A stretch of 55,864 nucleotides of DNA from an uncultured Gammaproteobacteria bacterium (GCA_964444385.1 CAYUHD010000003.1:1-55864); one strand, 5' to 3'. Positions 37,364 through 45,953 are shown, counted from the stretch's first letter. Numbers and translations: made by a program. The notes: generated by a model not told the origin, from the letters alone.

Positions 37364-38059
37364 TTAAAGATTAAGTTGAAAACCTACTTTAAGCAATGTA
37401 TCCGTAACTTTGCTAGAAGAGGCTTCTAAAAAAAAAGCACTTCTATTATTTATATTATACAGTATACCAATCCCAAATTTTTTGTCTGAATCATCCGATA
37501 ACTCTGCATCATACGGAGGGCATGAGAGAGCTCTGCATACTGGATTACCAGTATCAATTATAACCGCCTCCTTTGAGGCGTCTAGAAAAATTTTACCCTC
37601 CCAATGATTACTATTTCCGAATCTTATACCAGCTAGAAAGCTTGCATGATTGTCATCTCCTTCAAAGTTAAACTTTTCACCATCAAAATCAGAGGTTTTA
37701 ATACCGGCCTCAACAAATACATCAAATAGGTTCTTAATTTTGAATTTAACATCACCTGCCGACATGCTTCCAATTAAATCTCCTATTCCCATATGTGCAC
37801 CCAATCTAAATGTATCAACAACTTTGTCATAGGACTCACTTTTATAATCTACTCCATCAGCCTTTCTTTCTAGCGTTGCATAAAAAGATCCTGGAAGGTC
37901 TACAGATAAGTTAATTGCAAATCCAGATTTGTCAGATTCAGTGAAGTGCACCCCTAAGGATGTATATTTAAAGTCATTTGGTGCTCTTTCTAACCTATCA
38001 GATTCAGAAAAAGCAAGAGTAGAAAAGCACAGAAAAGAAATGAAGAAGATGTTTTTCAT
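37364..38059 (-). CDS. Hypothetical outer-membrane beta-barrel protein
   Basis: Signal peptide (FSTLAFS-ES), alternating amphipathic beta-strand pattern, and a C-terminal LKVGFQLNL strand. No specific family was recognised. Confidence 0.5.
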   Translation of the reverse strand: MKNIFFISFLCFSTLAFSESDRLERAPNDFKYTSLGVHFTESDKSGFAINLSVDLPGSFYATLERKADGVDYKSESYDKVVDTFRLGAHMGIGDLIGSMSAGDVKFKIKNLFDVFVEAGIKTSDFDGEKFNFEGDDNHASFLAGIRFGNSNHWEGKIFLDASKEAVIIDTGNPVCRALSCPPYDAELSDDSDKKFGIGILYNINNRSAFFLEASSSKVTDTLLKVGFQLNL

Positions 38060-38096
38060 GTATCAATCTTAACAGAATTACATAAGATAAAATTTT

Positions 38097-39053
38097 TTAC
38101 TGTTTTGATCCAAAATTATTAGTTGCTTCAATTAGCTCATGAGTAATTTCTTCTTCAAATGCGCTATGACCAGCAAATGGACACATTCGTAAAGAGGCTT
38201 CTGGCCATCGATTTGCTAGTTCAAGCGCTGTAGTTGGAGGACATACTATGTCATATCTACCCTGCACAATAACCGTTGGTATAGATCGAATTTTATCAAC
38301 CCCATCAAGCAATTGGTTTTCGTGCTCAAGGAAGCCTCCATTTATAAAGTAATGGTTCTCAATTAATGCAAAAGCTAGAGCAAATTCTGGGCTAGAAAAT
38401 GATTTAACCCTTTCAGGAGAATAATCTAGGCTGCTGCATGCTGCCTCCCACCTAGACCATGCTATAGCAGCATCAAGACTTTTCTTTTTATCTTCACCGT
38501 TGAATATTTCAGAGTAAGCTCCCATTAGATTATTTCGCTTATCTTCATCTATTATCCCAATGAAATCGCCCCAGGCCTCGGGAAAGATATTGCTAGCTCC
38601 TTCTTGATAAAACCAATCCAACTCTTTTTTTCTAAGCATAAATATTCCACGAAGAACCATTTCACTTACAGCACCAGGATGTGACTGAGCATAAGCCAGA
38701 GCTAACGTGCTGCCCCAAGAGCCACCAAATACAAGCCATTTATTAATCTTTAATTTATTCCGAATTAATTCAATATCAGAAACTAAATCCCAAGTTGTAT
38801 TTTTTTCTAACAATACATGAGGCTTACTTCTCCCACAGCCACGTTGGTCAAAAACAACAATATGATAAATCTTTGGGTCAAAAAATTGCCTCACTGCCTT
38901 GCTGCCACCACCACCAGGACCACCATGCAGAAATATTGCTGGCTTTCCATTTGGATTGCCACATTGTTCATAATATATTTCATGACCATCTACAGATATA
39001 AAATCAGAATTAAACGGCTCAATTGGAGGAAATAATTTCATCAGTTTAGACAT
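38097..39053 (-). CDS. pip: Prolyl aminopeptidase (proline iminopeptidase)
   Basis: FLHGGPGGG, FDQRGCGRS, and nucleophile elbow GGSWGSTLAL are diagnostic of the S33 Pip family. Confidence 0.9.
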   Translation of the reverse strand: MSKLMKLFPPIEPFNSDFISVDGHEIYYEQCGNPNGKPAIFLHGGPGGGGSKAVRQFFDPKIYHIVVFDQRGCGRSKPHVLLEKNTTWDLVSDIELIRNKLKINKWLVFGGSWGSTLALAYAQSHPGAVSEMVLRGIFMLRKKELDWFYQEGASNIFPEAWGDFIGIIDEDKRNNLMGAYSEIFNGEDKKKSLDAAIAWSRWEAACSSLDYSPERVKSFSSPEFALAFALIENHYFINGGFLEHENQLLDGVDKIRSIPTVIVQGRYDIVCPPTTALELANRWPEASLRMCPFAGHSAFEEEITHELIEATNNFGSKQ

Positions 39054-39077
39054 GTAGATATTAATAGAGTATGTGTA

Positions 39078-39983
39078 TTAATTTTTCTTGGCAGAGCTGG
39101 TGACTAGCTTTTCAGACGTTTCTATTCGAAATTGATCGCCTTCATCTCCAAATAATTTTTTTGGGGACACTGACTCAAATTTTCCTTCCGTGTCTGTAGG
39201 ATCGGTAAAAAATCCCAAGACATACCCCCCCTGGGAATAACCCATTAAGTCTCTCAATTCTGGGTCAAGATCTTTTGCAATTTCTGGGGGGCAAGATAAA
39301 TATTGATTTTCTTCTTGTCTCAGCCAATTTGGAGCATAGTGAAGAAAAACACCCATTCGGCTTTCAGATGTATTATTGGTGCCGCCGCCATGCATAACAG
39401 AACCTGTATAAATAAATACAGAGCCTGCTTTCATTTCAGCACTTTCAATTTCGCTTTCTAGCGGTAATCTATCTTTGTCCCATTTATGAGAACCTGGGAC
39501 AATCTGGGTCGCACCATTTTCTTTTGTAAAGTCTGTGATTCCCCAAACTGTACTGAACTGAGTTTCAATTTTTCTGGGTACATAACCCCCCCAAACCCCT
39601 CTATCTCTGTGAAGTATCTGTGCTGTTTCATTGGGCCCGATAGAAATTGCAGAAGTAAAGTGCAATTGATAACCATCACAAAACGGTTCCAAGAATTTTT
39701 TTGCAAGAGCATTTATTTTTGGATTTAAGGCAAGTTCTCTGCACTTAGGTGATCTGGCCATGAGCGCCCCAACCCTTTTTGTTTGAAATCCAGTAAACTC
39801 ATTGTCTCCCTCAATATCATTTTTTAAATAAGGTTCGAGCTCACCTTGAATCATATTCAAATCATCTGTTGATAAGATATTATCGATAACCACAGCAGCA
39901 TCTCTATCAATGATTTCTAAGATATTATCAATATCAGTATTTAGATCTATATGCTGAATTCCCATAGATTTAGTGTAGGACAA
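39078..39983 (-). CDS. Phytanoyl-CoA dioxygenase (PhyH) family Fe(II)/2-oxoglutarate oxygenase
   Basis: HxD facial-triad motif (LHRDRG) and a distal His (SVMHGGGTN) with PhyH-like spacing. Substrate is unknown. Confidence 0.7.
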   Translation of the reverse strand: MSYTKSMGIQHIDLNTDIDNILEIIDRDAAVVIDNILSTDDLNMIQGELEPYLKNDIEGDNEFTGFQTKRVGALMARSPKCRELALNPKINALAKKFLEPFCDGYQLHFTSAISIGPNETAQILHRDRGVWGGYVPRKIETQFSTVWGITDFTKENGATQIVPGSHKWDKDRLPLESEIESAEMKAGSVFIYTGSVMHGGGTNNTSESRMGVFLHYAPNWLRQEENQYLSCPPEIAKDLDPELRDLMGYSQGGYVLGFFTDPTDTEGKFESVSPKKLFGDEGDQFRIETSEKLVTSSAKKN

Positions 39984-40010
39984 TTCTCAAGATCTGTGAA
40001 ATTTTTTAGG

Positions 40011-41186
40011 CTAGCTTCCTTTTAATAAAATTGAATTATATATCTCAGGATCTGTTGCGCCCTCAGTTCCAAAAAATAAGACGATGCTGTTTGAATCTAG
40101 AGCCATCTTTTGTGCTGTTTCTTGACTTTTCATTATCTCCATTAATGCAGCTAGCCCACCAACAGAGCATTCTCCAGCCTCTATAGGTGGGTTATTTTGA
40201 GCAAGCAGTCGCATTGTTGATGGTATTGGTTGATCAGAGATAGTAATAAAATCATCAACTCCTAGGCTAAGTATCTCCCATCCAAGCAACGATGGTTCAC
40301 CGCAAGATAAACCAGCCATCATTGTTTCTTCATTTACAGATACGGAGATCATTTTATTTCTTTTAGCACTTTCGATTAAACAAGGAGCATGTTCAGACTC
40401 AACCACAATAATTTTTATATTATTTTTATGAAATTTTTCCCAGAAGTAAGCGCAAATTGCTGCTGGGAATGCCCCTAAGCCACATTGTAGAAAAATATGA
40501 GTAGGCATTTGTTTTTTTGTTATCTGATTGACTATTTCTTCAGACATAACATTGTAACCAGCCATAATATCTCGAGGATATTTAGTATAGCCAGGGTATG
40601 AGGTATCAGAAATAATTTGCCAGCTATTAAGATCTGATTCTTCCTTGCAGATACGAAGCGATTCATCATAGTTTCCCTTCACCCTGATGACATCAGCATT
40701 AAATTTTTCCATCGCGCGCTGCCTTCCCAAACTAACTTCTGAATGAATGTATATTTTGCATTTGCACCCAAACAAATTTGCTCCATATGCAACTGAACGG
40801 CCATGATTTCCGTCAGTGGCAGTTGCAACTGTGTATCTTGAAATATTGTCCCGATATTTTCCGCCATGAATATCTTTCGTTGTTATCGTTTCACCAGTTT
40901 CATCTTCCAAGGCATCCCGAATAAACCTAAAGACCCCATATGTTCCTCCCAAACCTTTAAAGCTTCCTAATCCAAATCGAGAACTTTCATCTTTATAATA
41001 GATTTCTTTAACACCAGTTCGCGTAGCTATTTTTTTTAATGAGAGAAGAGGGGTTGGCTCATATCCATTCCAAGTAGAAATTTCTTTAAATGCCGTTTGT
41101 GTGTTTTCAAGGCTCAAAACAGATCTAAGTTTGTCTGGATATGGACCAAAGTTTTTATTTAAATTTTGAAAGTGATCTATCAGCAT
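40011..41186 (-). CDS. dpaL: Diaminopropionate ammonia-lyase (PLP, tryptophan-synthase-beta fold)
   Basis: ESSRFGLGSFKGLGGTYGV closely parallels the E. coli YgeX PLP-lysine region. TATDGNHGRSVAYGA is also present. Confidence 0.8.
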   Translation of the reverse strand: MLIDHFQNLNKNFGPYPDKLRSVLSLENTQTAFKEISTWNGYEPTPLLSLKKIATRTGVKEIYYKDESSRFGLGSFKGLGGTYGVFRFIRDALEDETGETITTKDIHGGKYRDNISRYTVATATDGNHGRSVAYGANLFGCKCKIYIHSEVSLGRQRAMEKFNADVIRVKGNYDESLRICKEESDLNSWQIISDTSYPGYTKYPRDIMAGYNVMSEEIVNQITKKQMPTHIFLQCGLGAFPAAICAYFWEKFHKNNIKIIVVESEHAPCLIESAKRNKMISVSVNEETMMAGLSCGEPSLLGWEILSLGVDDFITISDQPIPSTMRLLAQNNPPIEAGECSVGGLAALMEIMKSQETAQKMALDSNSIVLFFGTEGATDPEIYNSILLKGS

Positions 41187-41217
41187 TAGAGCATCTTAAC
41201 TGAAATTAATTTTTAAC
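41183..41217. repeat. 35-bp direct repeat, copy B (spans the marR stop and the dpaL start codon)
   Basis: GCATTAGAGCATCTTAACTGAAATTAATTTTTAAC is 32/35 identical to 41757-41791 in the same orientation. Confidence 0.9.
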
Positions 41218-41671
41218 TGAGACTTTTTATTTGTTTCGAGTGACCAGATAGAATAATTTTCATGAATTCCAAATTTCTTTCTCCAATACTCCATGAAAGT
41301 TTCTCTTCAATCTGTATTAAATGTTCTGCTCCCTGTTTTCTTATTTCTTGTCCAAGTGAGGTAATCCTTATCACCCTATCTTTTTTATTAGAATCTCGAG
41401 AAACCAGCTCTAAAAAACCAAGATCTTCTAATTTATGTACCTTTTTGTGAACAGCTTGGCGAGAGATGTTCATTATTCTTGCTAGCTCTGAGATAGATTT
41501 TTCCTCTCCTCGAAGGGTATTAAATAGCTTGATTTCAGCAATAGATCCTTGATATTTGGCTGATTTATTGAGCTCAATCATCTCGAATTCCATCCATTCT
41601 AATAATTCCATGGCAAGACGCATGAAATTTGTGTCAAGAAAGTCCTTAAAATTTATATTTTTGTCAACCAC
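41213..41671 (-). CDS. MarR family transcriptional regulator
   Basis: Winged-helix core (SISELARIMNISRQAVHKKVHKLEDLGFLELV..DKKDRVIRITSLG). GTG start at 41671. An alternative is ATG 48 nt downstream. Confidence 0.85.
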   Translation of the reverse strand: MVDKNINFKDFLDTNFMRLAMELLEWMEFEMIELNKSAKYQGSIAEIKLFNTLRGEEKSISELARIMNISRQAVHKKVHKLEDLGFLELVSRDSNKKDRVIRITSLGQEIRKQGAEHLIQIEEKLSWSIGERNLEFMKIILSGHSKQIKSLS

Positions 41672-41679
41672 GTTGACAA
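41661..41679. promoter_or_regulatory. Perfect inverted repeat TTGTCAAC-CAC-GTTGACAA, candidate MarR operator
   Basis: 8-bp arms with a 3-bp spacer. On the minus strand the spacer is the annotated GTG start codon of marR. Confidence 0.45.
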
Positions 41680-41756
41680 TATAACATATTCTCTTTATCT
41701 TATAGGCTTAATTATGAATTTTTCTCATTTTTTTAAAGATCAAATTCTGCTCATTT

Positions 41757-41791
41757 GCATTGGAGCATCTTACCTGAAACTAATTTTTAAC
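41757..41791. repeat. 35-bp direct repeat, copy A (12 nt downstream of the D-aminoacylase stop)
   Basis: GCATTGGAGCATCTTACCTGAAACTAATTTTTAAC is 32/35 identical to 41183-41217. The position equivalent to the dpaL ATG opens only a 6-codon ORF (MQMSRI). Confidence 0.9.
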
Positions 41792-41803
41792 CCGAAGTAG
41801 GAC

Positions 41804-43711
41804 TTATGCTTCAGATACTATATTTGTCTTCATAGACTTCTTTCGAAGACCCCAAAATAGTCGAACGACTTTAATTAACATCAGTCTGATCGTTTTATCA
41901 AACAATGGAATCTTCTCTATATCCGATTTTACCTCACAGATCTGCTTTCCTCTTATAAGTTGGCCTGGTAGAGATCCAGTAGCCTTACCATTTTCACTGA
42001 CAACCTTTCCGCTTTTAATTGTTGCAACGTACCCAGTTGCATCTTGAACTAATCTTCTTCCGCCCAGAGGAAGATCATGGATCATTTTGGGGTGGCTTAC
42101 ATTTAATTTTTCAAAATCAATAATATTAATATCCGCTAACATCCCCGGTTTTATTTCTCCGCGATCAAACAATCCATAGGTTTCAGCAGTATCTTTTGTT
42201 TGTTTCCTAATGAGCATCTCAAGAGGGAGCTTTTTACCTGCCTTACGATCTCTTGCCCAATGCGATAAATTAGTTGTTGGCATGCTTGCATCACAAATTA
42301 AACCACAATGAGCGCCGCCATCACTTCCGCCGGCAACAGAAGATTTAAGTCCATAGGCTTGCTCAACAAAATCAAGCTTGTAGTTTTCATAAGGTGTGAA
42401 ACATGCATAAATTAAATTTGTGCCATTATTTTTCATCATTTCATCGTACATAACCTCAAGTTCTGAAATGCCTTTATTCACTGCTATTGCAGCAATGCTG
42501 TCTTCCTTCTTTGGTTCGTAATTTGGAGGTGTGCCTAATATGAATTGTGTCTCGAAATTTGAAGTCAGCCTCGTGGCAAGTTTTACATCTTCCAAAAGCT
42601 CATCCCTTGTCTTGTGATTGGTTTCATCAGCAAGTCTTTTTTCCAATTCTGATTCAAAGTCTGGTTCTTGGTTTAATAATTTAGTTTTGAAATCAGGGTC
42701 TTTCATGATTTCATATCTTTGATCAAGAGGGAGGTCAGCAATCTCTTTGTAAGCGGGATGTTGAAGAAAGGGATGTAAAGAACTTTCTAGACCAAACATT
42801 AATCCAACATTTCTGCCCGGAAATTGAGGACGCACATTTTTCCCTTTCAAAAACTGTTCCTCACAAAATAGAATTGTTTTTACGGCATCGCCGCTAGTTT
42901 GTAAAAAAGTTAATCCACAATCACTTTTTTTAATATATTCCTTCATCCAAGACATCTCTATTTCTTCATCTAACCAATCAGAAACGATCTCCATGGTTCC
43001 TTCACCTGCTTTATCAACAGCAAAAGCCAAAGCTCTCATTTCTTCAGAACTGGCTTCAGTTCCAGGGACATATTTACCATATATGTCTCGATGCAAGATT
43101 GTTCTTGAGGTGCTAAAACCAAGCGCCCCCGCATCAATAGCTTCTGTTACAAGCTTAGACATTTTGCCTATTTCTTCTTCAGATGCATCAACTTGATTTT
43201 GACATCTTTCATAACCCATTACATAGCTTCTGACCGGACCATGAGCAATCATAAAGCCAAGATCCATGACAAATTCTTTCTTATCAATTGCATCTAAAAA
43301 TTCTGGAAATGTTTCCCAGTCCCAATCTATTCCTTCATGTAAAGCCGAGCCGGGAATGTCTTCAACACCCTCCATTAGTTGAATGAGGAAATTTTCATTT
43401 CCTGGCTTAACCGGAGCGAAACCAACGCCACAATTTCCCATGACTACTGTTGTAACTCCATGCCAGCTTGAGGGAGTAAGGTATGGGTCCCAGCAAACCT
43501 GACCATCATAGTGAGTGTGAATATCTACCCATCCAGGAGTTACTAGATTATTTTTCGCATCAACCTCTTTTTTGCCAGAAGACTTTACAGATCCAACTAA
43601 TGATATTTTTCCATTATCAATAGCTATATCACCTACAAATTGTTTTTTACCAGATCCGTCAACGATCTTACCGTTCCTTATTACGAGGTCATGTAAATTA
43701 TTTTTTTCCAT
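41804..43711 (-). CDS. N-acyl-D-amino-acid deacylase (D-aminoacylase) family amidohydrolase
   Basis: DLVIRNGKIVDGSG N-terminal beta-sandwich lead-in, the metal-binding PGWVDIHTHYDGQ motif, and a family-typical C-terminal LPGQLIRG. An extra hydrophobic and basic tail of about 48 aa follows. Confidence 0.8.
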   Translation of the reverse strand: MEKNNLHDLVIRNGKIVDGSGKKQFVGDIAIDNGKISLVGSVKSSGKKEVDAKNNLVTPGWVDIHTHYDGQVCWDPYLTPSSWHGVTTVVMGNCGVGFAPVKPGNENFLIQLMEGVEDIPGSALHEGIDWDWETFPEFLDAIDKKEFVMDLGFMIAHGPVRSYVMGYERCQNQVDASEEEIGKMSKLVTEAIDAGALGFSTSRTILHRDIYGKYVPGTEASSEEMRALAFAVDKAGEGTMEIVSDWLDEEIEMSWMKEYIKKSDCGLTFLQTSGDAVKTILFCEEQFLKGKNVRPQFPGRNVGLMFGLESSLHPFLQHPAYKEIADLPLDQRYEIMKDPDFKTKLLNQEPDFESELEKRLADETNHKTRDELLEDVKLATRLTSNFETQFILGTPPNYEPKKEDSIAAIAVNKGISELEVMYDEMMKNNGTNLIYACFTPYENYKLDFVEQAYGLKSSVAGGSDGGAHCGLICDASMPTTNLSHWARDRKAGKKLPLEMLIRKQTKDTAETYGLFDRGEIKPGMLADINIIDFEKLNVSHPKMIHDLPLGGRRLVQDATGYVATIKSGKVVSENGKATGSLPGQLIRGKQICEVKSDIEKIPLFDKTIRLMLIKVVRLFWGLRKKSMKTNIVSEA

Positions 43712-43926
43712 AAGTGCCCACTATATAAATAAAAGAATTAAAATACAAAAGCTAAACAATTCTTTACAAAAAACAAAAAATGTATTCTAATTATCCCATC
43801 GTAATTTGATCCTATTGCCGCGATTATAAAGAAAGTGCTAAAACGGAAATTATTCCCAGGATTTAACAAAAAAGATAAAGTTATTTAAATAAAAACTTTT
43901 AAATTTCATTATGGAGAATAAATCTT

Positions 43927-44985
43927 ATGAAAAGACAATTATTAGAAAGATTAGAAACAGGCCCAGTAATTTGCGCAGAAGGGTTTCTTTTTGAGGTTGA
44001 AAAAAGAGGGTATTTGGCTTCTGGTGAGTTTGTGCCAATGGTAGCCTTAGAGCATCCAGAAGCCCTTGAAAATCTGCATATAGACTTCCAACATGCAGGA
44101 TCTGATGTTGTTGAGGCTTTTACATATAACGGCCATAGAGAAAAGATGAGAGTTATTGGAAAAGAAGAATTATTGGAGCCTCTTAACAGAGCAGCTTTAA
44201 AGATTGCAAAGAAAGTTGCTGATAATCCGATTGATGGAGGTGAACCAAATTTAATGGCTGGTAATATCTCCAATTCAAATATTTGGGCTGAAGATGACAA
44301 AGATGCTCAAAAAGAAGTCTATAAAATGTTCGGCGAAATGGTTGATTGGGCAGTTGACGAGGGCGCAGACATCATAGTCGGTGAAACATTTTACTATGCC
44401 GAAGAAGCATACGCAGCATTGGAAATTATTCAAAAAGCTGGACTTCCTTCAGTAATAACAATCGCTCCAATGGGAGAGAATCATATGAGAGATGGCACCT
44501 CTATTATAGATACAATGAAAGAGTTAGAACAAAGAGGTGCAGATGTTGTTGGGATGAATTGTTTTAGAGGACCAGATACCATGATGCCATATCTAAGAGA
44601 AGCAAGAAAAATCCTTAAATGTCATATGGCAGCATTGCCACTACCATTTAGGACTACAGATGAACACCCAACCTTCTTTAATTTGCCTGATGAGCATGGA
44701 TGTACTTGCCCAGCCCCGCATGGAAGAACTTTCCCAACGGCTTTAGACCCTTTGTATTGTAATAGATATGAGATACGTGAGTTTGGTAAAGAAGCTGCTG
44801 AATTAGGTATTAACTATCTTGGCGTTTGCTGTGGAGCAACGCCTATGCATATCAGGGAGGTTGCTGAGGCAGCAGGTTTAACAGTGCCGGCAAGTAAATA
44901 TAGAGAAAAAATGGAAAATCATTTTATGTATGGAACCAATGAAAGAACTGCTAAGCATATGCAGGAATATGGCGATAAAGCATAG
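43927..44985 (+). CDS. Homocysteine S-methyltransferase domain protein (betaine--homocysteine methyltransferase-like)
   Basis: GPVICAEGFLFE N-terminus, GMNCFRGP, and GVCCGATPMHIREVA (zinc-binding Cys pair) are typical of Pfam S-methyl_trans/BHMT enzymes. GGAG RBS lies 9 nt upstream. Confidence 0.8.
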   Translation: MKRQLLERLETGPVICAEGFLFEVEKRGYLASGEFVPMVALEHPEALENLHIDFQHAGSDVVEAFTYNGHREKMRVIGKEELLEPLNRAALKIAKKVADNPIDGGEPNLMAGNISNSNIWAEDDKDAQKEVYKMFGEMVDWAVDEGADIIVGETFYYAEEAYAALEIIQKAGLPSVITIAPMGENHMRDGTSIIDTMKELEQRGADVVGMNCFRGPDTMMPYLREARKILKCHMAALPLPFRTTDEHPTFFNLPDEHGCTCPAPHGRTFPTALDPLYCNRYEIREFGKEAAELGINYLGVCCGATPMHIREVAEAAGLTVPASKYREKMENHFMYGTNERTAKHMQEYGDKA

Positions 44986-45004
44986 AAGATATTTATAAGT
45001 TACG

Positions 45005-45080
45005 TGGTGCCCAGAGGTGGAATCGAACCACCGACACAAGGATTTTCAGTCCTTTGCTCTACCGACTGAGCTATCTGGGC
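45005..45080 (-). tRNA. tRNA-Phe (anticodon GAA), CCA encoded
   Basis: The reverse complement is GCCCAGATAGCTCAGTCGGTAGAGCAAAGGACTGAAAATCCTTGTGTCGGTGGTTCGATTCCACCTCTGGGCACCA. It has a 7-bp acceptor stem, a GCTC/GAGC D stem, anticodon loop CTGAAAA, and a GGTGG/CCACC T stem. It is near-identical in architecture to E. coli tRNA-Phe. Confidence 0.97.
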
Positions 45081-45167
45081 AAAAATAGATGAAGAATTAT
45101 AACTGAACTGTGCTTAGCGGAGAATAGTTAGTTAGAATATAAATATTAAAGCAATTGCAAAATTATT

Positions 45168-45953
45168 ATGAAATCAGTTTGTTTAGTTTTAGGGGCGGGC
45201 GCCGGCATTGGTGGAACTGTTGCAACAAAGTTTGCCAAGGAGGGTTTTCACTCATGTTTATGTAGAAGATCTGATCAAGATGGGTTAGATCGACTTGTCT
45301 CAAATATTGAGAAAGAGGGTGGATCCGCAACTGGGTATTTAATAAATGCTATTGAAGAGAATGTCCTTGAAGATCTAATTTTAAAAATAGAAAAAGATAT
45401 AGGGCCAATAGAAGTTCTTATATATAACTTAGGCGCTCAAACTGGAATGAAGCTGCTGCATGAAACTTCCTTAAAAGAATTTGAGTGGGGTTGGCGAATG
45501 GCGGATCTAGGATTATTCAGGGCAGCAAAAGTATTAATGCCAATTATGGAAGAAAGGGGTTCAGGTACATTCCTTGTTACTTCAGCTACTGCCGCTATGC
45601 GTGGAAATAAGAATCAGCACTCCCATGCTGCTGCAATGGGGGGAAGAAGAATGTTATGTCAGTCTCTATATGCTGAATTTGCATCTAAGGGAATTCATGT
45701 TGCTCACATTGTAGTGGATGGCATAGTTGATGCGCCAGATACCTTGGGCAAGATGCTTGGAGAAGAATTATTCCAACAATTAAGAGAAACAAAAGGCATG
45801 GAGCACGACGGTTTGATTCTGCCTGAAAGTATTGCTGAAACTTACTACTATTTATCCCAGCAGCATCGCTCAGCCTGGAGTCACGAAGTGGATATTAGAG
45901 CTTTTTCAGATACAGCGTGGTGGAACAGTAGCAGCTTAGAGAAACTAATCTAA
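45168..45953 (+). CDS. Short-chain dehydrogenase/reductase (SDR) family oxidoreductase
   Basis: LVLGAGAGIGG cofactor motif, NLGA, and the overall length of about 260 aa. Confidence 0.75.
   Translation: MKSVCLVLGAGAGIGGTVATKFAKEGFHSCLCRRSDQDGLDRLVSNIEKEGGSATGYLINAIEENVLEDLILKIEKDIGPIEVLIYNLGAQTGMKLLHETSLKEFEWGWRMADLGLFRAAKVLMPIMEERGSGTFLVTSATAAMRGNKNQHSHAAAMGGRRMLCQSLYAEFASKGIHVAHIVVDGIVDAPDTLGKMLGEELFQQLRETKGMEHDGLILPESIAETYYYLSQQHRSAWSHEVDIRAFSDTAWWNSSSLEKLI

Noticed and set aside
43712-43926. SAM-II/SAM-V-like riboswitch in the 215-nt leader of the BHMT-like gene. The motif AAAGTGCTAAAA at about 43836-43847 resembles the conserved 3' strand of those aptamers.
   Set aside because: I could not find the complementary upstream strand (AGCAC or GCUU-type) needed for the pseudoknot. 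The motif also falls inside, not 3' of, the only plausible local stem (ATCCT...AGGAT). A 12-nt A-rich match is weak evidence in this composition. A covariance-model search with the Rfam SAM-II and SAM-V models would decide it.
45081-45167. Promoter for tRNA-Phe. A minus-strand TATAAT at 45096-45101 lies about 15 nt upstream of the mature 5' end.
   Set aside because: The -10 hexamer is perfect, but no acceptable -35 lies at 16-18 bp (TTCTCC). TATAAT-like hexamers are frequent in this composition, so it is too weakly supported to list as a feature.
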